From positions 2,482,001-2,546,000 of the forward strand of contig NW_024704742.1 of NCBI RefSeq assembly GCF_018977255.1: a DNA stretch of 64,000 nucleotides, read 5' to 3'. A model generated the notes under the pieces. The model was not told the DNA's origin, did not search any database, and worked only from the letters and a program-made list of their open reading frames with translations. Origin of the DNA: Callorhinchus milii. Taxonomy: Eukaryota. Shown here piece after piece: positions 52,376 through 64,000 of this stretch. Both the position numbers and the translations under genes were made by a program. The first letter of the stretch is position 1. Each line of letters begins with the position of its first letter.

Positions 52376-53974
52376 GTAATTGTTCATGTGTCGGGCAATC
52401 GAAGGGAATCGAGGAAGTTTGGCCAAGCAGCAATGGATATTATAATGGCTCTAATCCACCCAGCACAAAAGACATGAATATGTAAAAAAAAATAACGTGG
52501 CCCCCCTTTGCTTACTAATGATGAGTGTTATCTCACAGAACGTTAAAAAAGAGATACTGCGCAATTCAATAAGTGCTACAGAATGCCCTGAGAATTAACG
52601 TTTCGTAATCCCGGTACAAAACGAATGGGCGCGAGACCCAAATGAGCTGTGCGCTCCTGTCTGAAATACGGAACCCCTTTGTCAGGCTCATCAATGTAGC
52701 GCAGCGGTGTAGCTTTTCTGCATTCAGTCTTCAGCTCCTTGGCAAAACTTTCTTGCCCGCCTGGAATCTGTGGGAGGGAAGCTTGTGGTCGTTCACGAAC
52801 GGGTCGCGGTCTAAAAGGGGGCACTGTCACTTTTTTTGATCAGTTATCTGGCTGTCTGGTGCTGCTTGTCCCGCTAGGAACACTCTACCCGTTAGGGCTT
52901 TGGCTTGCAGGGTTAACAGGAGCTGAGCGGAAAGAGTTCCCGATTCCCCCCCCCCCCACACCCCACCTCCAGCGGCTGGTCTGCCCTTCCCAAATCCTGC
53001 TGATGAGCCAGGTTGGCTGTGCGGTCATAACCAGTGCCCTTGGACCCACCTGGCTCAGGAACTGGACTATTGAGACCGCCACAGAGAGTTGGCACAATTT
53101 CAAAGTTCTTCGGCCAAGTATGTTACCTGGGAGCCAGTTCAGGTCCAAGAAGACCACTTTCTTACCTCCTTCCCTCCCTCCCTCCCTCCCCCGCTTCCGG
53201 AGCATTTTAAAAAAAAATTCAAGATCAGAAAATCACTGCGAGGGTGGGTGTGAGGGTCACTGATACATTTTGTCATTGAAACGTTCGGCGTAAGAGCTCA
53301 ACGTTGGAAAATGCAAAACCACGACGCATAAATTCCCTTTTTTTTTAAAACAAATTCCGTGCTTTTCTTTTGTTTTTTTTTAAAAAAAAGCACATTTAAT
53401 GTTTCAAAGAGCTCACCAGGCAACCGCTGCAACCCTTTTGTGTTGCAAATCTCCTCTCCCTTGAGCAGTTTCCACTGCAGTGCTCTGCAATGCTAAACAA
53501 AAAAAAACAGGAGTTGTGTTTGGAAGTGTTTAGACAGTGTAGTGACGGAAAGTATTACGTCTCGGAGGTGCTGGATCCAGCAGTGTTTAGGGATTCCAGC
53601 ATTTCACTCAGGCAGTGAGTTGTCAATCGTCGCCCTTGCCATTTTCGGTGCCCCACAAAGAGAGGGAGAGCTTGAAGGCAGGTCATCTCAGGCCCCTTTC
53701 TTGAGCTGAACATCCACCGGTAAGAACAAATCCAACGGTAAGGACAGATCGCCCAACCACCTCCCTTTCAGGGATATGCCAGAGCAGGCGGGCGGATGAC
53801 GCAAAGCTCAATGAAAGACCGTTAGATCGTCCCACGGGGAAACATGAAAATTCCAACGCTTTCCAGACCTCAATCGTTTCATGTGTCTCCCGTCCCCAAA
53901 AGCACACTGGCAAGCCTTGGCCACATTGTCTGAGATGAACGTTATTGAATGTAAATTTAACAGCCTGTAATGTC

Positions 53975-54474
53975 GACATGTCCATGTAGAGCTGACTGAT
54001 TCTACCTCAAGGCATCATTAAAAGTTCAGGAAATGTTCCCAGTAATGTTCCATTATTCCATTTCAGCCATAAAACAGAAGGAGTGAAAATGGCCCTTCAA
54101 GCCCGTAGAGTTCCTGATGCTGCTATTCTTTCCCCACTGGAGCCATCTACTCTAATCTGACTTCTGTGCTCCCTTCCCCCATACCTTTTTTATATCTTCA
54201 TCCTTCGAGCGTTTAATTCCCTTTTAACGACCATCATAATCGACCTCGCTTCTAAATCCACTTGCGTTAATATGATAATATGTTATGGAGCCTCTGACAC
54301 TTCATGTACAAACATATGCTTCTAGGCTTCCCCTTTTTTTTTGTTGCTGCGATGACATGTCTATGTAGAGCTGACTGATTCTACCTCAAGGCATCATTAG
54401 AAGTTCAGGAAATGTTCCCAGTAATGTTCCATTATTCCATTTCAGCCATAAAACAGAAGGAGTGAAAATGGCCC
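53975..54474. repeat. 121-bp direct repeat pair (53975-54095 and 54354-54474)
   Basis: gacatgtc(c/t)atgtagagctgactgattctacctcaaggcatcatta(a/g)aagttcagg...gagtgaaaatggccc, 119/121 identical. Confidence 0.95.
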
Positions 54475-56696
54475 CTCTAATGCTCCCTCTTTTGCCGATT
54501 TTACAGCCATGGGAAATTTATTTTGAGTTTAACCAAACCCTTTCATAATTTTGAACATTTCTATTAGAATTCCCTTTCTGACCATCTGTTTCAATCTGTA
54601 CATCCCCAGTTTTTTTGTTTTAAACCTCTCATCGAGACTATATCTTCTGGTCCCAGATGATCTACACGAGACCTTCAGCGTAGCTCTGACGTCTTTTGTA
54701 ATGGAGCGGGGTCCAAAACTACACCCAATAATTCATCTGTAGCCTAATCAATGCCTTTTATAGATTCCATGTATGTTTGCAGTCACCAAAACATGGCTTC
54801 TGTACCAACTGTGTGTCTGGAAAGTGATCAGGAAGGAAACCCTGGCTTGGCATTCCCATTCCTATCCTGAAATTGCTGAGGCCAAATGGTGAATTAAACA
54901 CTTGCGTCTCGATAAGTTCAACACGGCTAAAATACACATACCGACTTCTCAAGGACAGTCACTTCAGTTAATCAGATTCTCAGCTGCGCCACCTGTTGGT
55001 GAGCCGTTTACGTGGCTTTTTCCTTTTGCCCGGCAAAGTGCTCTTTTTTGGGGATCCACCTCGTGCCTTCTTGAGAGCCAACATGGTTCCTGGCGCGTGT
55101 ACCACACACACTCCGATTCGTACTTCTCTAACGGCCTGAAAGTCGCTGACCAGTGGAAATAATTTCCTCCTAACTCCTCATCATTTTAAGCACCTCCACC
55201 AGGAAAATCTAATTTATTTGAATAAAAATCAATTCTTGAAGCCAGTTTTAAAGTTTACCGTTGCTGCGCCGAGATGCTGCTAAAGGCTCCAAGAACACAG
55301 TAGATTTTTAAGTTTGGTCCATACCTAAAACGCTAACGTTTCTATGTGTGCTTTTCACGATCCAACTACACAGTAAATCTCCCTCACTTTCCCACAACAG
55401 TGTACCTTACGGTCAATTACAAAAGAGTACTCAGCCTTACCCCATAACATATTCCTATCATTGATGCCAGACGTCTTTACGGCTTCTGCTGGTGTCAAAT
55501 CTCTCGCCAAAGTGCCCGATTTGGAACGGGCTGGAGTGTGTTATCACCTCCAGTGCAAACCAGTTTGAGATGCGCTCAAGTTTATTTTCTCTCGAGCCCT
55601 TTGAGCCAACAGGCAGAAGAAAGTTCCATTGCTTCAGCTGTGCTGCGTTGTAACTCGGGTCCAAAGGTGAAAGAAAATACTTTTCTTTTAAAAAAAATCA
55701 GTTTGCCAGGTCCACAAAGCCTTCAAGCACCTTCACCTGTGCCCAGGAGTGCTATTATTTTCTACACTGGCAGCGACGCACAAACAAAATTGAGGTTTAC
55801 CGATGGTCGGGTGAGAAGTAGATGGTTGAAAGGTCAATACCATGAATATCAAAATGCCTGAAATGAGTCTGTTATGAAACGTTGAAAAAAATTGAGCTTG
55901 TCCCCAACCTATCTCGGAACAAAGATCGCACGTTCACTTTGCTTTTTCTGACAGATACAGAATGCGATGCATAAAGTTGGCTGGACGCCAACAGTCCAGC
56001 TGATCAAAAGCTGAAGGAGCCGATCCAAACACATCTGTCCAATAAACGCCTTTAGAAGACGTTTTCTATCAGAATTTTCTTTTTCCTCTGTGCCCCTCTC
56101 TTCTCCCACCACCTCACTCCGCGCCCACCCCCCCCGCCCCCCCCCCACCGCCCACCACCCAATAGCTTCATGAGTGCATAAAGATTAACTGTCCTCCCTC
56201 TTTAGGGAAATGATAAAAGTTTGTAACAGTTATTTCCTCCCCCCACCCCCAAAAAATTAATTCTCGGTCAATCTTGCGTCGTGTTCATTAAGAACGGCAA
56301 CGTTGTGAAATGGGAGCCTTTCTGTTCTCAAGCACAATTGCACCGTGTTTCCTTTCACCGCGCTTTCTGAACCCAGATCGGAAGTTCATCGGCTCAGCCC
56401 AATTAATAGCTTCCTTTCGGGTCCTTTGGGTTTATTCCGTGATTTCTTGTCCCATAAATAAAAATTGATTCCAAGGAATAAAAATGTCTCCCTGCGCCTA
56501 ACTGCCACTAAGATTCCCGGTCTTGCGGCCAGAGTTTAAAGAGTATGTAGCATTCTGATTTATTGCAGTTTATTGCAAATAAAAAGAGTCTTGACACTTT
56601 GCGATGATGAGGAAAAACCATAAAGGAATAGGAAGGAAAATATAGAGAAGTGTATTCTTCATTTTAATAAATTAAATTGTTTCTGACGTTTCCCAG

Positions 56697-56870
56697 GAGA
56701 TAAGTGACTCAGATGTCCAGGAACTGGTGAGAAGATCAATTGGAAGGTTGACTATAATCCGGCAGATATTCCCGATGTCCATGAACAACACTCACCGCTG
56801 TATCCGTGGCAAACACAGAATTTCTCCATCGCTTTGTGACCCCAAAGACCCATACAACCACAACGTGGAG
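56697..56870 (+). CDS. GRID2: GRID2-like coding exon (exon 6 equivalent), 174 nt, phase 0-0
   Basis: Acceptor ttctgacgtttcccag|GAG, donor GAG|gtaggg. Encodes [58 protein letters not shown]. Confidence 0.96.
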
Positions 56871-58369
56871 GTAGGGACATTTGATCCGAATTTGTGCCGT
56901 ACACCCAAACGTAATTAAATGTTCTTGTCTGAACAGTTCGTGAAATTCTCTCGATATGCCCGAAGGATTCCAGTGTCTTGAGATGTCCTCCCGACTGAAA
57001 GGCACTATGCAAACGTAATTTTGTTGTTCTTGTTGTTGTTGAATTTGAAAAAAAGAATCAACTGGTTTAAGTTGTCAGCCCTGTGTCTTTTCTTGAAAGA
57101 TGCGGCCCGTCAGAATATATAATAAGGTACACGTTCTTCGGGATTGGTAATGTCCATAGTTGACTGGAACCATATAGAGTGTACCTCATTCCTAGGTCAC
57201 TGATGTCTTGTCGACGTGTAAACCTTCTACTTGTATTGAATGTGCGATGAAAGGTGCTGCACAGTTTGTATCCGCACATGTGTGACTAGATTGGCTTTGC
57301 ATCAATTGCAGGCAAGAGTGGGCGGACGCAGATTTAATCCGTATTTGGTGATTTAAAACATCGACGATTTAAAAAAAAACATATCTACTCTTATACCTGG
57401 CTCTTGCCAGCGGGCCAGAAATTCCTCAGCAACTTCCAACGGATCGTGTTTCTGTCACCTTCGAGAAATAAATAGATTAACTTGGAATTTGGTTACCGAA
57501 TACAAAGGCTTCGGCTTCAGTGAGAGGAAATGAGCCCTCATAAGAAATCAGCTCTACCTTGGGTTTAACCAAGGAGTTTGTCAGCGAGGCAGGAAAACGG
57601 AGAGAAAATAGAAATGAAGGAATGGACACACTGCAGTTGCTCACGTTTGGTTTATGCTGCGCTGCCGGGCAAAATCACCATGAATTACAAACTGTATCTG
57701 AGCACGATGAACGAAATCCAATCACACTGGAGCCCAGCTGCCGAGACCACTTTAGGAGGTGATGTTGGCAGCGGATCGTTTTGCAGCGTGCAGCAAAAAT
57801 GTGGCGGATGGGAGTTCATTTGGACCCCGTACAAAAAGTGGCCCTCGAAAATGCAAGGGCTTTCAAGCGAACCATGTTATTAAAATATGCGCAAACACTG
57901 GCTTCATAACCCATCAAAAACAAACACTTGATGTCAAGGGGTTGGGACGTGCACAGAATTCCCCTCAGTGTCTGAGCAATGCAAGGAGCAGTGAGAAGCA
58001 TTCCTGCTGCCTCCCCACACCCCCCCCCACCCCAGGCCCAGACATTTTACTGCTGAAAGAAATCCCACCCTAAACCGGGGGTTAGTTGCATTTCGTAGGT
58101 CCTCTTCAAATCTGGAATGTATATTGAGCTGCAGAATCTTTAGTAATAATGATAATAATAATAATCATAATAATAATAACAAAACCGCAGTATCATGACA
58201 AGGTGTCCGTTCGTCACTGGTGTCCCATCGTGTCAGGGGGCTATTTGGCTGTGAGGGGATTCCTGACTGAGCCTTATTCGGTTGCGCGAGACACTTTGCG
58301 AAGCCCTTCCGAAGTCAGAGGCGCTAAGAATCAAAGCAAATCTCTGTGGCTTTATTCTGCGCTCATCTG

Positions 58370-58570
58370 ACATCCACTGACGTCCGCTCACTTTCCAGAG
58401 GGAGTCAGCAGAGAGCGATCAGCGGCAGGAATCTTTTGACCTGCTTCACGGTTTTCTACGGATATAGAAATGGACTGCAATAGGAAGTTCCTATTCCAAA
58501 CTCGCCTGAGCTGTGATCAGCTCACCGCATTCACAACTACAAGACACTGGGTCTGTATATTGGGCCCAGT
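58370..58570 (-). mobile_element. Ancient SINE family C fragment
   Basis: cactttccagagggagtcagcagagagcgatcagcggcaggaatc...gtgatcagctcac. Confidence 0.5.
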
Positions 58571-58704
58571 GATGGACTGGCTAGTAGCTCTGCCCTCAAA
58601 GTCCCTCTAAAAGGCTCCGAGCGAGAGACCATTTCTGCAAGGGATATGGTAATCCCCACCATCCTTTCGAAGTTCTGAGGTTTGGTCGCTTTTCTTTCCG
58701 GTCC

Positions 58705-58985
58705 ACTCAGCAAGAGCAACAGAGGGGAGATGAGGAGAAATTGCGTTAGGCGACGAGTTGTTACGATCTGGAAGGCGCCGCCTGAAAGGCTGACGGAAGC
58801 AGATTCGATAAAAAGCTTTCGAAATGGAACGGGCTGTAAACCGGAAAAGGTGAAAAAAGCGTCCAATAGGCTTCGGGGAAAGAGCGGGGGATTGGGACTG
58901 ATTTGGAAAGCTCTCTCAAAGAGCCAGTACAGGCGCGATGGGCCGAATGGCTTCCTTCTCTGCTGTAAGATTCCATGATTCTATG
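58705..58985 (+). mobile_element. CR1 LINE 3' end
   Basis: Reads RGEMRRNCVRRRVVTIWKAPPERLTEADSIKSF; ends gatgggccgaatggcttccttctctgctgtaagattccatgattctatg. Confidence 0.85.
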
Positions 58986-59539
58986 TCCAAGGAGTTTCCA
59001 TTTCTTTCTCTCCTCTCCTCCTCCTCCTCCTGCTCCCCTCCCTCCCCCCCACAACTATCCTGCAACGGGAACTTTATGCCGCAGTTCTCCCTCAAACAGC
59101 AGCTGTCACCACACCGGCCACAAATGCACAACACGGGCTGAAGAAAATTCGATTGTATTTACAACAAACAGCGCTCCAGCACATAAAACTAACGATACTA
59201 TCAGGCACAATAAAAATCCGATCAATAAAAAAAATGTCCCTGGCAATTGGATTACTTTTGTATGAAGAGCTTCGGGCGCTCATGGTTCAAAAGTTGATGA
59301 GAGTCTCTGTTTTTCTCCTTCGAAGGTAGGTCTGGCGATTTTGTGTTATTTTTTTTCTGCTCTTTGCCCCCCCCCCATCCTCACCCCCACACACACACAA
59401 CACAACACACAGGCAGCAAGCTGATTATCAGCACTTTTCACAGTGTGCCAGGGGGTGATTTTAAAAAAAAAACAATTAAACCTTTAGGCTCGCACATCTG
59501 ACAGCCATCTTGCTCCCCAATGTGCCTGACAGCAATGAT

Positions 59540-59735
59540 AAAATAATAACAATCCTTGCATTTGATCCAGCGCCCTATCACGTCTCAAGCACGTCACCGA
59601 ATACACTGTAAAGTGAAGTGACTGCGCGCTTTGTGGGAGAAGCGCGGCAGCCAGTTGCGCACAGCGGCGTCCAACACAAACAGCCGTGGCTTAAGTGACC
59701 AAATTATTTATTTTTTATTTTTACAAGATTATTAT
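59540..59735 (-). mobile_element. Family A SINE 3' half
   Basis: aatccttgcatttgatccagcgcc...gcggcagccagttgcgcacagcggcgtcc...aagtgaccaaatt. Confidence 0.8.
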
Positions 59736-60690
59736 CGAAGGGATATTTGAAGGAATCCGTGCAGCTTCACCTCCCACCCCCCCAACCGCCATAAAGTGTT
59801 AGCCGCAGAAATAAACACTTCATAAACAGTCAGTGCAGCGCGAGTTGTAATGTGTTTATTTTAATATAAATGTGTAAGATAAAACCTGCGGCAACCAGCG
59901 ACGGCTCTGACGATATCACAAAACACTAAATATTCATAGACGTTGAACCATCTCTTTGGGAATAAATAGGCAAACGCTTACTTTATTTTGTCAGCAGTAA
60001 GCAAAATCGCATGGGCATTCCCCTCCTACAATGCAAGGAACAAGCTCTGTTACGCTGACTGTGAAAGGAAGGGGGAAGAATTAACAACGATAAGGTAGAT
60101 CTTAGCTGGTGACTCGGCTGTGAAACGATAATCACAAGGTTGGTGTGGATAAAGAAGGCCCGTTTGGCGCATCCCACCACATTCTTCCAAGACACCCAAC
60201 CTACCGTCCCCCCCACGTCCCCCCCACCCCCACTCAGACCACGGTGCTTTGACCAGTGCCAATAGCTCATTGTGGAAATATTTCCCCCAAAATTCCAGGG
60301 GAAATTTGACAAACGTTGCGGAGATTTGCGGGCGGTTGATTGGTGCTGTTGAGAGGCACGTTTTACTGCTTGACCTACAGGTTTGTAGCTTCATGGTTGT
60401 TGTTTGGGGGAGGCCAGAGGTGAGGACCCGAGCCTGGGTGAGGAGTGAACAGCAGAGGGAAGTTGCGGCCGGGAACATAGACTCTTTCGTTCACTTTATG
60501 CCCAGAGTCCGGAGCCATTAAAGCAAACCAAGTGCGGCGCAAGACTCGTCCCAAACTTATCCCAGACTTATCCTCCCGCAATCTACGGTCACACTGAACT
60601 CTGAGCTCGCGTCTCCTTCAATTGTTACTGATCAAGAGCGATGCAGGTCAACTGCTCACCCATCCCTACAGCAGCGATCAGCCTGGTGTG

Positions 60691-60802
60691 GCCTGGAGCT
60701 CAGTCACTCACACACCACAGCCTGGAGCTCAGTCACTCACACACCACAGCCTGGAGCTCAGTCACTCACACACCACAGCCTGGAGCTCAGTCACTCACAC
60801 AC
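60691..60802. repeat. Perfect 29-bp minisatellite, 3.9 copies (GCCTGGAGCTCAGTCACTCACACACCACA)
   Basis: Identical units start at 60691, 60720, 60749 and 60778 (the last is truncated at 25 nt); no spacers. Confidence 0.95.
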
Positions 60803-61816
60803 GATGGCGGCCAGTTTTCGCGGAGAATGCAGGATTTTGCAGATTCCAGGGAAAAAATAGCGGCCGCACTTTTCTATTGGCCCAGGCAATGAGTAGCCAT
60901 CCAGACAAGCTGGGGCTCTCCACTTTTGCGAGGGAAGATAATTCAGAGATGTGTCTTAACAGTTTCAAGTGGGTTTGAAAAAGTAAGTCCAGATCAATAC
61001 TTGAGGACCCACCAAGACAGTTGAACGCGAAGACATAGGTTTGGTTTAGCGTTGTAAAAGGGCACTTTCAGAAGAGCCAACGGGAAGTTTTTGTTAACTC
61101 GGAGAGTAATTAACGACTGGAACAAGCTACAAGTGGCCAGGATACGGGGCTAATTTGAAAAGCAGCTTGGTACTGCGACAGGGAGGACTATCGCATTATC
61201 AGGCGATACTGGGTGAGTATTTTGGAATAATAATAATAATAATAGTAATATTAATCAATGCAATTTTTAGTCAAATCCAAACAGCTCAGCTCCAATGCCT
61301 CTGCTATTTCCAACCGAGTGGATAAAAAGCATCACAACAAACAGTGACATTTTAGCTTCAGCGCACAATTTCAGCAAAAATCCATTGAGCGTTATTGCGC
61401 TCGCAAAATATCGTTACCGTAGGCTTGGCTGAGGCACAAAGGTGTGGCCGTGACGTTCGACAAGCTCTCTGAGATGGTATTGATCACGAGTTAACCAAGG
61501 CCATTCTGCGCGGAGTACATAAAATTTTTCAGATACCTCTAATTGTAATGCTTTGGGTCTTTGCTGCTTTCCATCCAATTCCTTTCCTGTTATTACTGTT
61601 GTAAGGGCTTGCTATCTCTGTGGAATATTGATTCTGAATGCTGCACAAATTACCTATTGGATATGGCATAGCCTTTAAATGCTCTTGCTATTGATACAGA
61701 ATAATAGTCCGAAGATCAATACGCACTGACTTTTTAAATCTCTTTTATTGCATCAGGAGAGATGTGCGATTTGTGTCGCTAATCCCTACTACGTTTGTTC
61801 CCCGTCACTTGCGCAG

Positions 61817-61978
61817 ATCACCAATCTTTACATCTACGACAGCGTGCTGCTTTTGGCCCATGCCTTTCACAAGAAGCTGGAGGATCGGAAATGGCACAGT
61901 ATGGCCAGCTTGACTTGCATCAGGAAGAACTCCAAACCTTGGCAGGGGGGTTACTCCATGTTGGACACCGTCAGAAAG
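61817..61978 (+). CDS. GRID2: GRID2-like coding exon (exon 7 equivalent), 162 nt, phase 0-0
   Basis: Acceptor cccgtcacttgcgcag|ATC, donor AAG|gtactg. Encodes [54 protein letters not shown]. Confidence 0.96.
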
Positions 61979-62848
61979 GTACTGTACGCGCCGCGCAAAC
62001 TATTACCTGTTGGCGCTCGCTCATAACACACACAAGCGCTCTGCGTGAATAGCCTGACGTGGAAAGGCCCTCTCGCAAAACGTAAGGTTATTGTTGTTCA
62101 GATGTTCGCGATCTCATGGCAGTACTTGAAAAGACACGGGACTTTTTCCCCGGCGTCATGGCCAGCAATCCTCTGAACAAATTGATCAGTCGTCTCGCGG
62201 CTGCTTGTGGAAGCTGGCTGCGTGCAAATTGCCTGCCGCATAACGTGGTGTTTGCGTAGAAACCCAACAGACACTGCTACACGTGACAGCAATCAAGTGA
62301 AAAATGCTTCGAGATATTTTGACACGAAAGGTGCTTTTTCCGTCAAATGCAAGTATTATTAATGATTCGCTTGACATATGTGTCCAGTTCTGTGCATTAG
62401 TTTTACCGAACGATATCATTGAAATTGTACTGTTTGCCCAATTTACAGCAAAACATGTTTTGATAATGGAGCATCTGCAATTGAAAATATCTTTTTTTTT
62501 ATATATATATAAATGGAAACACAACCCTCTACAGATCCTGTTCGTTCTCACTATTGCGGTCAGTGTTGTCGGGATCTAGTAACGTAATTCTGCTCCACAA
62601 ATTAGTTCAGAGTTTCGGCTTGAGAAAAGTACATTGTAATTAATGGAAGCCCGCCAGCTTTGCACCAAAGACCAAGCGTAAATGAGCTACGCGCTGAATC
62701 CATCCCATGCATGGGCATAGATAAGCACGAGGCTATCACAGTGTGTTCATTTTTTTCAAGGTTTTCTTTTCAGTTTCTATATGACGAAATGATGCATCGT
62801 GCGCTCAGCCTTAATTTAACAGTTCGGGTTTGGACCGTTTTCTTCCAG

Positions 62849-62968
62849 GGAGATTTGAATGGCATCACCGGCTTTCTGGAGTTCAACGAAAACGGTGGCA
62901 ATCCCAACGTGCAGTTTGAAATTCTTGGTACGAGCTACGGAGAGGACCTGGGGAGAGGCGTGCGAAAA
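62849..62968 (+). CDS. GRID2: GRID2-like coding exon (exon 8 equivalent), 120 nt, phase 0-0
   Basis: Acceptor gttttcttccag|GGA, donor AAA|gtaagt. Encodes [40 protein letters not shown]. Confidence 0.96.
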
Positions 62969-63479
62969 GTAAGTGGAAACAAAAGTGAAATAAGTAATAA
63001 GCCGGCACGGAATGCAAGTGGGCCGACTGGCCTTCCTCTGTGCCGCAAATTTCAGCGGTTCTATTGAAATGGTTCTGCGTGTTGTTTAGTGTGTAGGTGG
63101 GGTGAACACTTGCGCTTATCGTGTGAGTGCTGGGTCTTGGACAAGGGAGGAAGGGAGAGGTTCTGGAAACGCTTCAGCGATAAGAAGCGATACATCCTCC
63201 AGGACAGATGAACTGTACCCCAACTTCGCTTGTAGGAGTCGATCAATACAGGGCAACAAACCTGATTTCTAGTGCCCGAACCTTACCGCACCTTATTGAA
63301 AGAAAGCCTTCTCCTGATTTAAGAATTCCACGTATGAGCAATGATAATATAATATCAGCAAAGTGTAGGCAAAGTGATACAGAGATAAAAGTTGTTACGG
63401 TGAGGACATCATATTTGGCCTTGAAGAATTTGCTTGTGTTCAGATATTGTTTCCCGTATCACGTTGCTGCATCTTTAAG

Positions 63480-63578
63480 ATCTTTGACCTGCTGCTGTCC
63501 CTCTATGCTGTGTTTGCTGAGCGCTCTGGGATGCCACCTGGCGTGGAGGGCGCTATATAAATACAAGTTGTCCTTGTT
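63480..63578 (+). mobile_element. L2 LINE 3' terminus
   Basis: gagcgctctgggatgccacctggcgtggagggcgctatataaatacaagttgtccttgttg. Confidence 0.7.
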
Positions 63579-64000
63579 GAATTGATCGTCATTTCTGATG
63601 TGGATGGTGACGAGACTGGGAGAGAATCGACGCACAGCACCATCACCGCCTTCCCCCCGATTAGTAACGGGAAGAGATCCAGGCTCAAGAAGCCTTCCGG
63701 CCCGCCCTGTACCCTCCTCCTCTCATCTACCACCGCTAGCAGCCTATTCAAACCGTCCCATAAACAGTGCAATTATAGCACGTTTAGGACTGGCCCAACA
63801 AACTCAGCAAAGTCCGTGAGTGCGAAAATACGAAAGTATGAAGTCACGTAAAATCGTTGCACGGGATATGTAATCCGTGTTTGTTATTAAAACAAATATT
63901 GTTCCCAAATAAGGCAACATTATGAAGTGATGGATGATTGTATAGCATTTTCGGGGTGTATAATAGTCAACCTACGCTTGCATATATATATATATATCTG

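Larger units (their letters stand above)
25437..62968 (+). other. GRID2: Partial gene span: delta-type ionotropic glutamate receptor, GRID2-like (exons equivalent to human 3-8; gene extends beyond both ends of the window)
   Basis: Six GT-AG bounded exons join in one frame to give a continuous GluD amino-terminal domain. Introns are 10180, 16214, 4321, 4946 and 870 nt. Orthologue versus paralogue is not resolved. Confidence 0.9.

Noticed and set aside
60691..60802. CRISPR-like array (29-bp repeats)
   Set aside because: Units are contiguous with no spacers, there are no cas genes, and the context is a vertebrate intron; it is a minisatellite.
62969..64000. Exon 9 (LGCWNP...LRVVTVL)
   Set aside because: No matching sequence seen; it probably lies beyond the window.

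Overview
Vertebrate genomic DNA, not prokaryotic. Most likely a cartilaginous fish (shark or chimaera), inferred only from the repeat complement: tRNA-headed Deu-type SINEs, L2 and CR1 LINE fossils. The window lies inside one + strand gene of the delta-type ionotropic glutamate receptor family, GRID2/GluD2-like. Six internal coding exons (285, 206, 54, 174, 162, 120 nt) with canonical AG/GT ends splice in frame and encode most of the amino-terminal domain, equivalent to human GRID2 exons 3-8. I found neither exon 2 nor exon 9, so the first 25 kb is probably intron 2. The rest is intron filled with SINEs, LINE 3' fragments, three fold-back (MITE-like) elements, minisatellites and a 121-bp local duplication. 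Nearly all other ORFs in the track are spurious or LINE remnants. I see no evidence for a new multi-gene system. The best lead is that the protein is GRID2-like but carries GRID1-type residues at many positions, so it may be an additional delta-receptor paralogue. Comparisons to known proteins and repeat families are from memory and need checking. Repeat boundaries are approximate.
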